A stretch of DNA of 64,000 nt from Bacteroidales bacterium (GTDB lineage Bacteria; Bacteroidota; Bacteroidia; Bacteroidales; UBA3824). Both the position numbers and the translations under genes were made by a program. The stretch spans positions 28,592-92,591 of the forward strand of contig JAEERW010000009.1 in NCBI GenBank assembly GCA_016286055.1, in the 5' to 3' direction. Below the pieces are notes generated by a model. The model was not told the DNA's origin. It worked only from the letters and a program-made list of their open reading frames with translations, and made no database searches. Each line of letters starts with the position of its first letter. Position 1 is the stretch's first letter. Shown one piece after another: positions 18,835 through 29,153 of the stretch.

Positions 18835-20673
18835 ATGAAACTAAAACTCGCTCAAATGGAAAACATAAACGACGAACAATCGCAAAAATCAATAAAAGAG
18901 ATAATACTGGTATTCTCCGACATAGATGTAAAAATCACCGCTTTGAACGAATGTTCGGCAGAGGATTTTCTCTCGTTGAACAATTATCTCAAAAAATTCT
19001 ACAAAGACGCAAAAGTAATTTCGGGTCAAACCGAACAGATATACGACATCATAGCTGGCGATGCTCACGAAAAATTTTTCGACGAGCTTCTTGGATTGCA
19101 AGATTCGCTCAACAACAAAATCAATATGCTCAAAAACAAGATTTTAAAGAGCATACGCGGATTGGAAAAAATGCACACCGCTCTCAACCTTGTGTTTGTT
19201 CCGCTCAAAAACTTCAACCTCAACATACTTACACTCAATTTCTTGCTCGTTAACTTAAAACTTAACGTGGCATATTCCGACAGCGACAATATTAAAAAGG
19301 TGAGCGACCTCATCGACAGCATCACCGACGAAATCAACAAGCTGAAAATTATTCTCCCAAAAATTTCAGAATCGATGTTGATGGTAAAAAACGTAACTCG
19401 CCTCTCGTCGGGAAAACTCATCGAAATCCGCAAGAAAAACATTCTCGACATCGACCGTGTTACAGGACAGATCAACGACAGCATAATAATGCTCAAAAAC
19501 AAGCAAGCTGTTGCAGCTCAAAAACTTCCCGAACTTACCAAACGCACCCAGAACTATTTCGACAGCGTCAACAAGATAATCACCAACCTGCAATACCACG
19601 ACATTATCCGTCAAAAAATGGAACACGTGCAGGCTACTCACAAAAATATTATCAAGGAACTTGCCGCTATGGACATCAAAACCGGTAGCGACGGCAAGAT
19701 GGACCTTTCAGAATCTGCTCAGCAGTTTCTTCAAATACGCGACATAGCAGGCATTCAGGTGGCTCAGCTTATCAACACCAACAAAGAGTACCAAAAAGCA
19801 TTTGCCGTAATTATGCGTAAATTCTGGGACATCAGCGAAGATATGAGCGTGATTTCGCAGCTCAGCAACGAGTTTGTGGGCAACAACGACCTCACCGACT
19901 GCTATTTCAAAGACGTTGAAGACCATCTCAAAGGCACTACAACCGTTCTTAAACGTCTTATCGCTGCCAACGAAGATTTTGGCGATGAAATCAACACCAT
20001 TAGCCAAACAATTGAGGAGAAAAACGACAAGATCTACGAAATTCAAGAAGTTCACACATCGTTGGAAAGCAAAATAGAAGATGTGCTCAAAAAACTCGAC
20101 GGCAAAAACGACGAACGAGGCATCAACCGTATTATCGAAGAGATTAGGGCACTCACCGACACCATCTCTGAAAATCTCAACGATGTAACGCTATTTTTCC
20201 GTCAGGCGCAAAACATCAGCAAAAAACTCTTGGAAATAAACCACGAGGAAGACGGCAACCAAATCAACGACAATCTTAAAGAGCTCTCGTCAAAAATTGC
20301 CGGCATACTTGATTCAATTTCGGTACACAACGAAAAAATCGAGACCGTACTTATAGAAAACTCAAAACTCAGTCTCAACCTTTCAAGCGAAATCAAGTCG
20401 TCGGTAGAGCAAGTTAAATACTACGATTTCTTTGAGAAAATAATGCTCGAAATTGTAACCCAGCTCAACAACATATACGCCAAACTCGACAACAACACAC
20501 TCAATGTACTGCGTATCAACAAGGCCGAAAACCTCAAGAGCCTCGAAGACCGCTACACAATGGAAACAGAGCGTATTGTGCACCGTCAGGCTCTCAACGA
20601 TGAGAATACCGAACTCAACAACGGCATCTCACCCGATATCAACGACGACGACAACGATGTGGAATTCTTCTAA
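18835..20673 (+). CDS. long coiled-coil protein, function unknown
   Basis: The ~612 aa are almost entirely heptad-like helical sequence, with no TM segment or signal peptide. A conserved-looking motif NLQYHDIIRQKMEHVQ is present and the C-terminus is acidic. The start could be 18835 or 18856. Confidence 0.6.
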   Translation: MKLKLAQMENINDEQSQKSIKEIILVFSDIDVKITALNECSAEDFLSLNNYLKKFYKDAKVISGQTEQIYDIIAGDAHEKFFDELLGLQDSLNNKINMLKNKILKSIRGLEKMHTALNLVFVPLKNFNLNILTLNFLLVNLKLNVAYSDSDNIKKVSDLIDSITDEINKLKIILPKISESMLMVKNVTRLSSGKLIEIRKKNILDIDRVTGQINDSIIMLKNKQAVAAQKLPELTKRTQNYFDSVNKIITNLQYHDIIRQKMEHVQATHKNIIKELAAMDIKTGSDGKMDLSESAQQFLQIRDIAGIQVAQLINTNKEYQKAFAVIMRKFWDISEDMSVISQLSNEFVGNNDLTDCYFKDVEDHLKGTTTVLKRLIAANEDFGDEINTISQTIEEKNDKIYEIQEVHTSLESKIEDVLKKLDGKNDERGINRIIEEIRALTDTISENLNDVTLFFRQAQNISKKLLEINHEEDGNQINDNLKELSSKIAGILDSISVHNEKIETVLIENSKLSLNLSSEIKSSVEQVKYYDFFEKIMLEIVTQLNNIYAKLDNNTLNVLRINKAENLKSLEDRYTMETERIVHRQALNDENTELNNGISPDINDDDNDVEFF

Positions 20674-21278
20674 AATACAAACGAAATCCTCATTATCAAA
20701 GGACTATAGACATTGTATTTCAGTTCTTTGGTATCATTAAAATTCCACATAATCAAATAGTTGACACCTATTCTTTCGGTAAAACTTTGGTGGTATCCCG
20801 CTCCGAGAATCACTGGCATATCCCACATACGGTCGGCATCAAGGTTTAGCGTATAGCCATCGGAATAGTTTTGAAAATTCAAAGCTTGCGCTTCGGCGTG
20901 AATCACCAAAAATTTAAACGGATAGACATCGGCAAAAAGGCCGCCGCCATAAATATGGCTGTCGAAATCTTCGATAACGGAATAAGGGTCGCTATAATAC
21001 GAATACATATAAGTAGCAGTGGCTCCGGCGGTTACATATTCATTAAAACGGTATCCAAAAAACGGGACAGTTTCAATATAGCCAAAATCAGAAGTAAAGC
21101 CAAAGCCGAAACTTCCACCAAAAGCAAACTTGTCTAAAAATTCACGTTCTTCTTTTACGCCGTTAGTAGTAACCTTGACAGTGGCTTTTTCCTCGTCTTC
21201 AAAATCCTCGAACTGAGCTGAAGCGGTACCAGCGCACAAAGCAAGCGCCAGCGAAATAATAATTCTGATATTTTTCAT
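20670..21278 (-). CDS. outer-membrane beta-barrel protein (small porin-like)
   Basis: The signal peptide is MKNIRIIISLALALCAGTASAQ. Alternating aromatic/Gly beta-strand patterns and a C-terminal aromatic-rich strand are present. Confidence 0.6.
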   Translation of the reverse strand: MKNIRIIISLALALCAGTASAQFEDFEDEEKATVKVTTNGVKEEREFLDKFAFGGSFGFGFTSDFGYIETVPFFGYRFNEYVTAGATATYMYSYYSDPYSVIEDFDSHIYGGGLFADVYPFKFLVIHAEAQALNFQNYSDGYTLNLDADRMWDMPVILGAGYHQSFTERIGVNYLIMWNFNDTKELKYNVYSPLIMRISFVF

Positions 21279-21326
21279 AGTTAGTTGTTAAAAATTTGCC
21301 GCAAATATACACATTTGCGGCAAAAA

Positions 21327-22211
21327 TCAATTGCTTTTAACATAATTAGTTCTCAATTCGCGCAATTGCTCAATCAATCCGCGCTCCTTTTCTGTAATAT
21401 TTTTGGGCAATGCATATTTGATTTTCACAAAAAGGTCGCCGAAAACGCCGGGAGTATTGTACACAGGCATACCTTTACCCTTGATACGCAGTTGTTTACC
21501 ATATTCAACGCCTTGGGGAATAGCAATTTTAATGTTGCCGCTAAAAGTAGAAATCATAACGTATCCACCGAGCATAACTGTGTAAATATCTACAAAAACC
21601 TCCGAGAAAAGCTCGTCGCCACGGCGGATAAAGAGCGGATTCTTGTTATCAACACCCACACGCACATAAAGGTCGCCATTTCGTCCGCCTGCAACACCAG
21701 GATAGCCTTGTTCGGGTATTTTCAATAGAGTATCGTCTTGGATACCGGGTTTAATTTTTATGCGCAACTCTTTGCCGAGAACCTTGATAATACGGGTTGA
21801 CCCCTTGTAAGCCTCTTCGAGCGAAATTGTAATCTTGCCTGTAAAGTTGTCGCCCTTAAAAAACGAGCTGTTGCGGAAGAAGTTGTTGAAAAATTCCGAA
21901 TAGCCGCCCTTAGTTGACCGTGAAAACCATCCTTCGTCGGAATGTGAAGTAGTTTTTTGCGACGAACGGGTGTAAAAATCATCGGTATTTTCCTTGCCGT
22001 CGGCCATAAGGTCAAACTTTTTACGTTTTTCGGCATCGGAAAGCACGTCGTAAGCCTCGTTTATCTCCTTAAACTTTTCCTCGGCCGAAGCATCGCCAGG
22101 ATTGCGGTCGGGGTGATATGTCATAGCCAGACGGCGGTAAGCCTTCTTTATCTGTTCTGCGGTGGCATTCTTATCCACCTCCAAAATTTTGTAATAATCT
22201 TTAAACTGCAT
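21327..22211 (-). CDS. cbpA: J-domain protein, CbpA-like (DnaJ without zinc finger)
   Basis: The J-domain is [37 protein letters not shown]-terminal DnaJ substrate-binding domains are present, and there is no CxxCxGxG repeat. Confidence 0.8.
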   Translation of the reverse strand: MQFKDYYKILEVDKNATAEQIKKAYRRLAMTYHPDRNPGDASAEEKFKEINEAYDVLSDAEKRKKFDLMADGKENTDDFYTRSSQKTTSHSDEGWFSRSTKGGYSEFFNNFFRNSSFFKGDNFTGKITISLEEAYKGSTRIIKVLGKELRIKIKPGIQDDTLLKIPEQGYPGVAGGRNGDLYVRVGVDNKNPLFIRRGDELFSEVFVDIYTVMLGGYVMISTFSGNIKIAIPQGVEYGKQLRIKGKGMPVYNTPGVFGDLFVKIKYALPKNITEKERGLIEQLRELRTNYVKSN

Positions 22212-22281
22212 ATTAATTAAAAATTTTATTTCACTAAATTACAAAAATTTCGTAATTTTACCAAGCAAAAAAAACGAAAAA

Positions 22282-22977
22282 TTGGCACTAATAAAAATAG
22301 AAAAACTTTCTAAAATATACAAGAAAGGAGAGAACAAAATTTTTGCACTGCGCGATATAAATATCGACATTGAAGAAGGCGAGTTTGTATCGATTGTGGG
22401 CAAGTCAGGATCAGGCAAGTCGTCGCTGCTCAACATCTTGGGCGGAATGGATACTAACGCCGAAGGGAAAGTATTGTACAACGGCGACAACATACTGAAA
22501 ATGAACGAAAAACAATTAGCCAAATATCGCACTTTTACCGTAGGAATGATATTTCAATCGTTTAACCTAATACCCTGGCGCACCGCCATCGACAATGTAA
22601 AACTGCCATTAGCCTTCAGTGGATACCCAAAACATCTCCGCGAACCACGCGCTTGCGAACTCCTATACAATATGGGGCTATACAAACGGGCGTTGCACTA
22701 TCCGTCGGAACTTTCGGGAGGCGAAGCTCAACGGGTAGCCATAGCGCGGGCTCTTGCCAACAAACCAAAAGTGATACTCGCCGACGAGCCAACAGGAAAT
22801 CTCGACACCACTACATCTGCCGAAATAATGTCGCTGCTGCAGATGTTTAACGCAAAGCACAACATTACAATTGTGATGGTAACACACGACAGGGAAACAG
22901 CCTACCGTGTTTCGCACAAAACTGTACTACTATCCGACGGCGAAATTATCAAAATATCAGAACAGCAACCACAATGA
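22282..22977 (+). CDS. ABC transporter ATP-binding protein (MacB/LolD-like)
   Basis: Walker A GKSGSGKSS, the signature LSGGEAQR and Walker B ILADEPT are present. A TTG start is implied because there is no nearby in-frame ATG. Confidence 0.85.
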   Translation: MALIKIEKLSKIYKKGENKIFALRDINIDIEEGEFVSIVGKSGSGKSSLLNILGGMDTNAEGKVLYNGDNILKMNEKQLAKYRTFTVGMIFQSFNLIPWRTAIDNVKLPLAFSGYPKHLREPRACELLYNMGLYKRALHYPSELSGGEAQRVAIARALANKPKVILADEPTGNLDTTTSAEIMSLLQMFNAKHNITIVMVTHDRETAYRVSHKTVLLSDGEIIKISEQQPQ

Positions 22978-24347
22978 AACCAGCCGACATCATATCGTTA
23001 GCGGTCAACAATATGACCCAGAACAAATTCAGAACAGCCGTTACAATCTTAGGCGTAGCCATTGGAATCGGCTCGCTAAGTTCCATGGTAGCAATTGGAC
23101 AGGGCATAAGCGAAAACATATCCAACACCCTGGTAAGCAACGATGTATTCACTGGTATGACTGTCAGCAGCCGTGACGCCGACTACTCAAACTATGGATC
23201 GCTCGGCAACGCCTTTTACGACGAGGCTATGGTGCCACTAAACGACTCTGCCGTTGCCGAAATTGAGAAAATTCCGCAAGTAACGGTTGTTTTCCCCGAA
23301 ACCATCAAACACGCCGAAATTGTTTTTGGAGAACACAAAACCAAGAGCAACATCAAATCAGTGCCAGCCTTGATGGGCAATTTCAAGCCATTCGACAATA
23401 TGGCCTACGGCTCTTTTTACACCAAAGACAACGAAAACAGCATAGTGCTGAGCAAAGCTGCGCTATTTAAACTCGGCATCAAAATAGAGGGCGACATAGA
23501 TTTCGGTAAAACCACTAATGGCGAAGTGATACCTGCCGACTCAATCATCGGACACAAGATCAATATTGTTACCAAAGTGTTCGATCCATCGAAAATGAAT
23601 ATGGACACTCCCGACATACCAGTTAAAAACGACACCACCTCCCTTACAATAGTAGGCATCACCGAAAACAACCCACTTACCGCAGGAATGCTCTCTGGCG
23701 GCATATTCCTTCCATCTCTCACCTGCGAAAAAATACCTTCGGTAGATATCAAACTCATTTATGAAATTTACAACGGAATAGATAGCGATTTAACCCAATA
23801 CAACTCAGTATACGTAAAAGTATACAATTTTAAAGAGCTCAAAACCGTTAAAAACAAAATAGAGAATATGGGCTTCGTGGTGTTTTCGGTAGGCGACAAG
23901 TTGGAAGACATCGAAAAAGTGTTTATGCTCATCGACATGCTGTTAGCAGCCATAGGCATCATAGCCATCACAGTGTCGGTTTTCGGAATCATCAACACTA
24001 TGACAATGGCAATTTACGAACGCCGCAAAGAGATAGGCATAATGAAAGCCATTGGAGCCACTCAGCTACAAATTAAGCTGATATTCTACATAGAGTCGGG
24101 CATCACTGGCGCAATAGGCGGCTTATTAGGAGCCTTTGCCGGATACTGGGTAGCAAAATCTGCATCAGAAGCAGTACGTAGCCAGCTATCCAACATCATC
24201 AACACTCACTCCGACCTATTTGTATTCTCGTGGCAATTGGCAGTAGCAGCTGTTGCTATCGCTGCGGCAGCTACCATAGCAGCTGCCGTTTATCCTGCTT
24301 TCAAGGCGGCCAGAATCGACCCCCTCGAAGCTTTAAGAAGGGAATAG
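22974..24347 (+). CDS. ABC transporter permease (FtsX/MacB family)
   Basis: The protein has an N-terminal TM segment, a large periplasmic domain, and a C-terminal FtsX-like 3-TM bundle (GIMKAIGAT...). The gene overlaps the ATPase gene by 4 nt. Confidence 0.8.
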   Translation: MKPADIISLAVNNMTQNKFRTAVTILGVAIGIGSLSSMVAIGQGISENISNTLVSNDVFTGMTVSSRDADYSNYGSLGNAFYDEAMVPLNDSAVAEIEKIPQVTVVFPETIKHAEIVFGEHKTKSNIKSVPALMGNFKPFDNMAYGSFYTKDNENSIVLSKAALFKLGIKIEGDIDFGKTTNGEVIPADSIIGHKINIVTKVFDPSKMNMDTPDIPVKNDTTSLTIVGITENNPLTAGMLSGGIFLPSLTCEKIPSVDIKLIYEIYNGIDSDLTQYNSVYVKVYNFKELKTVKNKIENMGFVVFSVGDKLEDIEKVFMLIDMLLAAIGIIAITVSVFGIINTMTMAIYERRKEIGIMKAIGATQLQIKLIFYIESGITGAIGGLLGAFAGYWVAKSASEAVRSQLSNIINTHSDLFVFSWQLAVAAVAIAAAATIAAAVYPAFKAARIDPLEALRRE

Positions 24348-24388
24348 ATTTTGTTATTAACGTATTTAAAACCAGAATAACCATAAAA

Positions 24389-25021
24389 ATGAACTTTCTC
24401 GCCCACATATTTCTATCAGGCAGCAACGAGCTGACTCAGGTAGGCAACTTCGTAGGCGACTGGGTTAAAGGAAGCTTGATTTCGGTAAACGCCAAATACC
24501 CTCCCGAAATGGCATTGGGCATTAGGATGCACCGTTTTATCGACTGCTTTACAGATTCCAGTCCCATTGCCGCTCGGAGCATTGCATTGTTGCGCCCTGT
24601 GCTTGGCAAATATGCGGGTGTGGCTACCGATGTTATTTACGACCATTTTCTTGCAAAAAACTGGAACCGATATTCTATCGACAGCCTCGACTCTTTTGCA
24701 AAAAAGTTTTATAGTAGCTGTATAAAATATTACGACATTCTCCCCAAAAACCTCCAGCCACTAATACCCCACCTCATCATCAGCAACAGATTAAAAAGTT
24801 ACTATAATATAAAAGGTGTGGAAGCCGCATTAAAAATAATGGAACGGAAAACCTCGTTCCCTACAAAAGCAGAAGAAACCATATCCACACTAAAAGAAAA
24901 CTACGCAACAGTAGAAAACGATTTCAATCTCTTTTTCGACACCATACTAACTAAAATTTACACAGAATTTGGCATCAACAATATGCCTCGCACTACCTCT
25001 CAAACAGAAATGACACAATGA
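24389..25021 (+). CDS. acpH: acyl carrier protein phosphodiesterase
   Basis: The start is set at MNFLAHIFLSG..GNFVGDWVKG, the typical AcpH N-terminus. The longer ORF from 24230 overlaps the permease gene. Confidence 0.7.
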   Translation: MNFLAHIFLSGSNELTQVGNFVGDWVKGSLISVNAKYPPEMALGIRMHRFIDCFTDSSPIAARSIALLRPVLGKYAGVATDVIYDHFLAKNWNRYSIDSLDSFAKKFYSSCIKYYDILPKNLQPLIPHLIISNRLKSYYNIKGVEAALKIMERKTSFPTKAEETISTLKENYATVENDFNLFFDTILTKIYTEFGINNMPRTTSQTEMTQ

Positions 25022-25977
25022 AAAAACTATTTGCCACCATCGCGCTCACCATTACAGCCTTTATATCCAATGCGCAAGAAATATATTTTTCGCAATATTA
25101 CGCCGACAAGCTTTCGCTCAATCCGGCATTTGCCTCAGTACCAGGCAACAGCGAAATATCTATGATACTCCGCAGCCAATATATAGGCGTAGAAGGTGGA
25201 TTCAAAACATACAGTGCATCATATCTACAAAAAATAGGTCAATGCGGATTCGGCGTGGGTGCCTACGGAACCATTGGTGGGGCATACCGGCAAAACCAAG
25301 TATCGGCAGCATACTCCAACACAATAAAAATTAACCGAGAACTCAGGTGCAGCGCAGGAGTGGAAGCCTCGTTTGCCAACAAGACTCTCCGTCAAGGCGA
25401 ACTCACATATTACAGCATGATAGACCCTCTAACAGGCAACAACAACGGGCAGGCTTCCACAATCAACTACCATGCACCCCTCACAATAGCCATTTCACCA
25501 GGCATTATGCTCTACACACAAAAAACCATTTTAGGCGTAGCAGCCTATTCCGTAGCACAATACAAAATAACTGGCGAAAACGGCATACCCAAATCTATAG
25601 TTGTGTTTGCAAACCATAAGATAGAGTTAGGCAAAACCCAAAACCATCAAAACAGCGAAACCACATACCTGATACCTAGCGTAATATACCGTTGTCAAGA
25701 TGGGACAAACTCAATACAAGCAGGTGCGTATATCGATAATTTTAAAATAATGGGCGGAGTAGCGTACCGATTGCAAACAGGAGAGTACGCCACGCACACT
25801 TTGATAGCAAGCATAGGAGTAACACTGGGCAAAGTACAGATAGGTTACGGGCACGACTTTGACCTATCAACCATAACCAAAAGCACTTATGGGGCTCACG
25901 AAATAGCTGCAAAATATAAATTAAACGGCATTAAAAAAAATAAGCGTGACCAAACAATAATGTGCCCGGCTTTTTAG
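25018..25977 (+). CDS. type IX secretion system membrane protein, PorP/SprF family
   Basis: A signal peptide is followed by IYFSQYYADKLSLNPAFAS, the characteristic PorP/SprF N-terminal motif. The rest is a beta-barrel-like sequence of ~300 aa. Confidence 0.75.
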   Translation: MKKLFATIALTITAFISNAQEIYFSQYYADKLSLNPAFASVPGNSEISMILRSQYIGVEGGFKTYSASYLQKIGQCGFGVGAYGTIGGAYRQNQVSAAYSNTIKINRELRCSAGVEASFANKTLRQGELTYYSMIDPLTGNNNGQASTINYHAPLTIAISPGIMLYTQKTILGVAAYSVAQYKITGENGIPKSIVVFANHKIELGKTQNHQNSETTYLIPSVIYRCQDGTNSIQAGAYIDNFKIMGGVAYRLQTGEYATHTLIASIGVTLGKVQIGYGHDFDLSTITKSTYGAHEIAAKYKLNGIKKNKRDQTIMCPAF

Positions 25978-26017
25978 TTATTATGTTAGATTATTTGTAA
26001 AAAAAAACTCTTGTAAT

Positions 26018-27553
26018 ATGAAAATGCAATTGAAGATAATAATGCTGGCAGGCATACTCGCAGGAGCAACCGTACTTTCATCGTGCGGACCCAAAGTAGC
26101 GCTGCGCAGCGGCTCTTCCGGCAAGACTGGATGGGGCTACAACGATCCCAAGTTGGGCGGTTTCGAAGTTGCTGAATATGTGGAGCAGGAAGCGGGTCCT
26201 GGACTCGTTCTCATCGAAGGTGGTACATTTACAATGGGTAGCGCCGAGCAAGACATTATGAGCGACTGGAACAGCATGCGTCGCCGTGTAACGGTGTCGT
26301 CATACTATATGGACGAAACCGAGGTTAGCAACCTTGACTACCGCGAATACCTCTATTGGGTATACCGCGTGTTCTACGACGAGACACCCGAGCTCTACAA
26401 CAAGGCAGTGCCCGACACTCTCTGTTGGCGCAGAAGGCTCGCTTTCAACGAACCTTATGTGCAATTCTACTTCCGTCACCCCGCTTACAACGACTATCCC
26501 GTAGTAGGTGTTACATGGGAGCAGGCCAACGAATACTGCATCTGGCGTACCGACCGTGTTAACGAAAAAGCCCTTATCGACTACGGCATCCTCGAATACG
26601 ACCCCGAGCAGAAAGGTGCAAACAACTTCAACTCAGAAGCTTACGTAGCCGGAAAATACATCGGCACAGTTAAAAACAATATCAAGAGCCCCAACTCTCC
26701 CGACGGCGAACGCCATGCAACAATGGAGGATGGTATACTCCTTCCCTCCTACCGTCTGCCCACCGAGGCTGAATGGGAATATGCAGCTCTTGCACTTATC
26801 GGCAATTCAGCTACTTCGCCCGAACGTATCGTAAACCAGCGTCTTTATCCGTGGAACGGACACTATGTTCGTAACGACGAGAAAGCCAACCGTGGTCTTT
26901 TCCGCGCCAACATGCAACGTGGACGTGGTGACCTTATGGGTGTAGCAGGATACCTCAACGACAACGCTGCTCCTACAGCTCCTGTCGACAGCTATTGGCC
27001 CAACGACTACGGCTTGTACTGTATGGCTGGTAACGTTAACGAATGGGTGCTCGACGTTTACCGTGCTTGCACAAACCTCGACCTTGAAGAATTCAACCCA
27101 TTCCGTGGTAACGTATTCCAAGTTCCAGTTAAAAACGAAGACAACGAATACGAACTCGACCAAGTTACTGGCCGCATTCTTTACCGCAATATGACAGCAG
27201 AAGAGAGCATGGACCGCATCAACTACCAAACTGCCGACAACATCAACTTCAAAGACGGTGACCTTCGTTCAAGTAGCAACAGAAACGACTGGGCAGGACA
27301 AGTTGGTACTAGCGATGTAGGTTCTGAAAGAATGTACCACAACCAAGTAGACACTACAGGCGCTAATCCTCAGATTACATCTCTCGTTAACGACCGTGTA
27401 AGAGTTTACAAAGGTGGCGGATGGAGAGACCGCGTATACTGGATGGTACCTGGTACAAGACGTTTCCTCCAGCAAGACAAATCTTCCGACGACTTAGGAT
27501 TCCGTTGCGCAATGATTCGCGTAGGTAGCCCCGGTGGTGTTGGTAAGAAATAA
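26018..27553 (+). CDS. gldJ: GldJ-like gliding/T9SS lipoprotein (SUMF1/FGE-sulfatase fold)
   Basis: The lipoprotein signal is ...ATVLSSCG. TGWGYNDPKLGGFEV and GLVLIEGGTFTMGS, plus repeated SUMF1-type segments (EAEWEYAA, NVNEWV, GFRC), are present. No gldL/M/N genes follow, so GldJ is favoured over GldK/PorK. Confidence 0.7.
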   Translation: MKMQLKIIMLAGILAGATVLSSCGPKVALRSGSSGKTGWGYNDPKLGGFEVAEYVEQEAGPGLVLIEGGTFTMGSAEQDIMSDWNSMRRRVTVSSYYMDETEVSNLDYREYLYWVYRVFYDETPELYNKAVPDTLCWRRRLAFNEPYVQFYFRHPAYNDYPVVGVTWEQANEYCIWRTDRVNEKALIDYGILEYDPEQKGANNFNSEAYVAGKYIGTVKNNIKSPNSPDGERHATMEDGILLPSYRLPTEAEWEYAALALIGNSATSPERIVNQRLYPWNGHYVRNDEKANRGLFRANMQRGRGDLMGVAGYLNDNAAPTAPVDSYWPNDYGLYCMAGNVNEWVLDVYRACTNLDLEEFNPFRGNVFQVPVKNEDNEYELDQVTGRILYRNMTAEESMDRINYQTADNINFKDGDLRSSSNRNDWAGQVGTSDVGSERMYHNQVDTTGANPQITSLVNDRVRVYKGGGWRDRVYWMVPGTRRFLQQDKSSDDLGFRCAMIRVGSPGGVGKK

Positions 27554-27588
27554 TCCGCATACAGCAAACCATAAATAAAAAGATAAAA

Positions 27589-27614
27589 ACGGGCGGGAAA
27601 TCCTGCCCGTTTTT
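27589..27614 (+). terminator. rho-independent terminator after the gldJ-like gene
   Basis: The stem ACGGGCGGGA / TCCTGCCCGT (one G:T pair) is followed by a T-run. Confidence 0.7.
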
Positions 27615-27671
27615 CTTATATTATTCAGAAAAAAATTACATAATAAATTTTCAAGAAGCATAATAGTTGCT

Positions 27672-27679
27672 TATATTTG
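27672..27679 (+). promoter_or_regulatory. -7 promoter box TATATTTG
   Basis: An exact TAnnTTTG lies 25 nt upstream of the start at 27704. Confidence 0.45.
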
Positions 27680-27703
27680 CCGCCTGAAACAAAAAGATAA
27701 AAA

Positions 27704-28360
27704 TTGGACCCTACAGTATTTACACGTGGAATTGGTATTGGCTTCTTAGCCGCATGCCCCATTGGAGCAGTTGCAATATTGTGCGTACAGAAAACCATAC
27801 AAAAAGGTTTTTGGCAAGGTTTCCTTATGGGTGTAGGTTCAGCCGTCGGCGACTTTTTTTACGCCGTAGTTACTGGATTCAGTTTGTCGTTTATATCAGA
27901 TTTCTTTGTAAAGCACAGAACCATTATTGGCGTTATCGGTGGCATACTGATGCTTGCACTGGGATTCAACATTTTCCGCAAAAACCCTGTGCAGCAATGG
28001 AAAGAAAATAAAAAACTAAACAATTCAACTTCCAAAGTAAAGGTGCTGGGTGATTTTGCTGCAAGTTTCGGACTCACAATTTCTAATCCGCTCACCATTC
28101 TTTCTTTTGGTATCTTGTTTACCGCTTCCGGAGCCATCAGCAACGAAACACCACCGCTCGAAACTTCGTTTTTATTGCTCGGCGTTATAATAGGCGCGGT
28201 CATCTGGTGGGCTTTTTTGGCGCTGGTGGTGAACATTTTCCGCGACAAAATCGGTCCTCGTCATATCATGTGGATCAATAAGATTACTGGAATATGCGTT
28301 ATGCTTTTCGGTATTTCGGTAATAACAATGGTAATTTTTTTCCCTGAAAAATTAAATTAG
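27704..28360 (+). CDS. LysE/RhtB family amino-acid exporter
   Basis: The protein is ~218 aa with six hydrophobic helices. The N-terminal GIGIGFLAACPIGAVAILCV pattern is typical of LysE-family translocators. The start is a TTG. Confidence 0.65.
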   Translation: MDPTVFTRGIGIGFLAACPIGAVAILCVQKTIQKGFWQGFLMGVGSAVGDFFYAVVTGFSLSFISDFFVKHRTIIGVIGGILMLALGFNIFRKNPVQQWKENKKLNNSTSKVKVLGDFAASFGLTISNPLTILSFGILFTASGAISNETPPLETSFLLLGVIIGAVIWWAFLALVVNIFRDKIGPRHIMWINKITGICVMLFGISVITMVIFFPEKLN

Positions 28361-28389
28361 TAAAAAATTAACCCCCAAAAAATACAATT

Positions 28390-29073
28390 ATGCAAGAACC
28401 AGATATAATAGATATCCTCCGCAAATCATGGGATAACTTCAAGCTCAATGCAAAAGTTTTAACACTTGTAGCTACCTTTGGCGGAGCTATACCTACCATA
28501 GCTTATACAGCATTTTCGTTGTACCGTCAGTTTACTGAATTGCGCGGCAACGTTCCTCCAAACGCTGCAGCGCCGTTTATATCTTTGGTATTTGCTATCA
28601 TCCTATGTATATTTATTTTCGTAACCTATATGGGACTCATCAATATCTGCAACAAGATTTTGAAAAACGAACCAGTAACATACAAAGATGCGTTTTTGAC
28701 TAATGATCAATTAGGAGAATTAGTAAAAGCCGGCTGCTTATTGGGCTTTTTGAGTGGTATAGGATATATTTGTTGCATTATTCCTGGTACTATCGTATCA
28801 TTTATATTTACCTTTGTACCATACATCTTAATCATCTACCCACGCAAATCTATCGGAGAGAGTTTTACCGCCTCACGAAAACTCACTATCAAATATCTTA
28901 AAACCACATTTATAATAGCATTGATAGTATTTGCGATCAATACTATTGCAGGAGCGTCGTTAATAGGCATAATAATATCTATGCCGCTTTCAGTAATGAT
29001 AAATACAGTGTTGTTTACAACATTGGCAGAAATTGAAAACAACAACGACAAGGCAAACAATGTATTGAGATAG
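28390..29073 (+). CDS. multi-pass membrane protein, function unknown
   Basis: Five to six hydrophobic helices are present. I recognised no family with confidence. Confidence 0.5.
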   Translation: MQEPDIIDILRKSWDNFKLNAKVLTLVATFGGAIPTIAYTAFSLYRQFTELRGNVPPNAAAPFISLVFAIILCIFIFVTYMGLINICNKILKNEPVTYKDAFLTNDQLGELVKAGCLLGFLSGIGYICCIIPGTIVSFIFTFVPYILIIYPRKSIGESFTASRKLTIKYLKTTFIIALIVFAINTIAGASLIGIIISMPLSVMINTVLFTTLAEIENNNDKANNVLR

Positions 29074-29077
29074 AGGC

Positions 29078-29106
29078 AAAAAAAAAGCCTCGCATCGCTG
29101 CGAAGC
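29078..29106 (-). terminator. rho-independent terminator after the ECF sigma gene
   Basis: On the minus strand, GCTTCGCA-GCGA-TGCGAGGC is followed by T9. Confidence 0.6.
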
Positions 29107-29153
29107 TCAAACCCTCAAAAATTAACAAAAATAAATCCTCAATAATACAATCA

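Noticed and set aside
24230-24388. A longer start for the acpH ORF.
   Set aside because: It overlaps the last ~40 codons of the ABC permease in another frame and encodes a Cys/Ser/Arg-rich stretch that does not look like protein. MNFLAHIFLSG at 24389 is the family-typical N-terminus.
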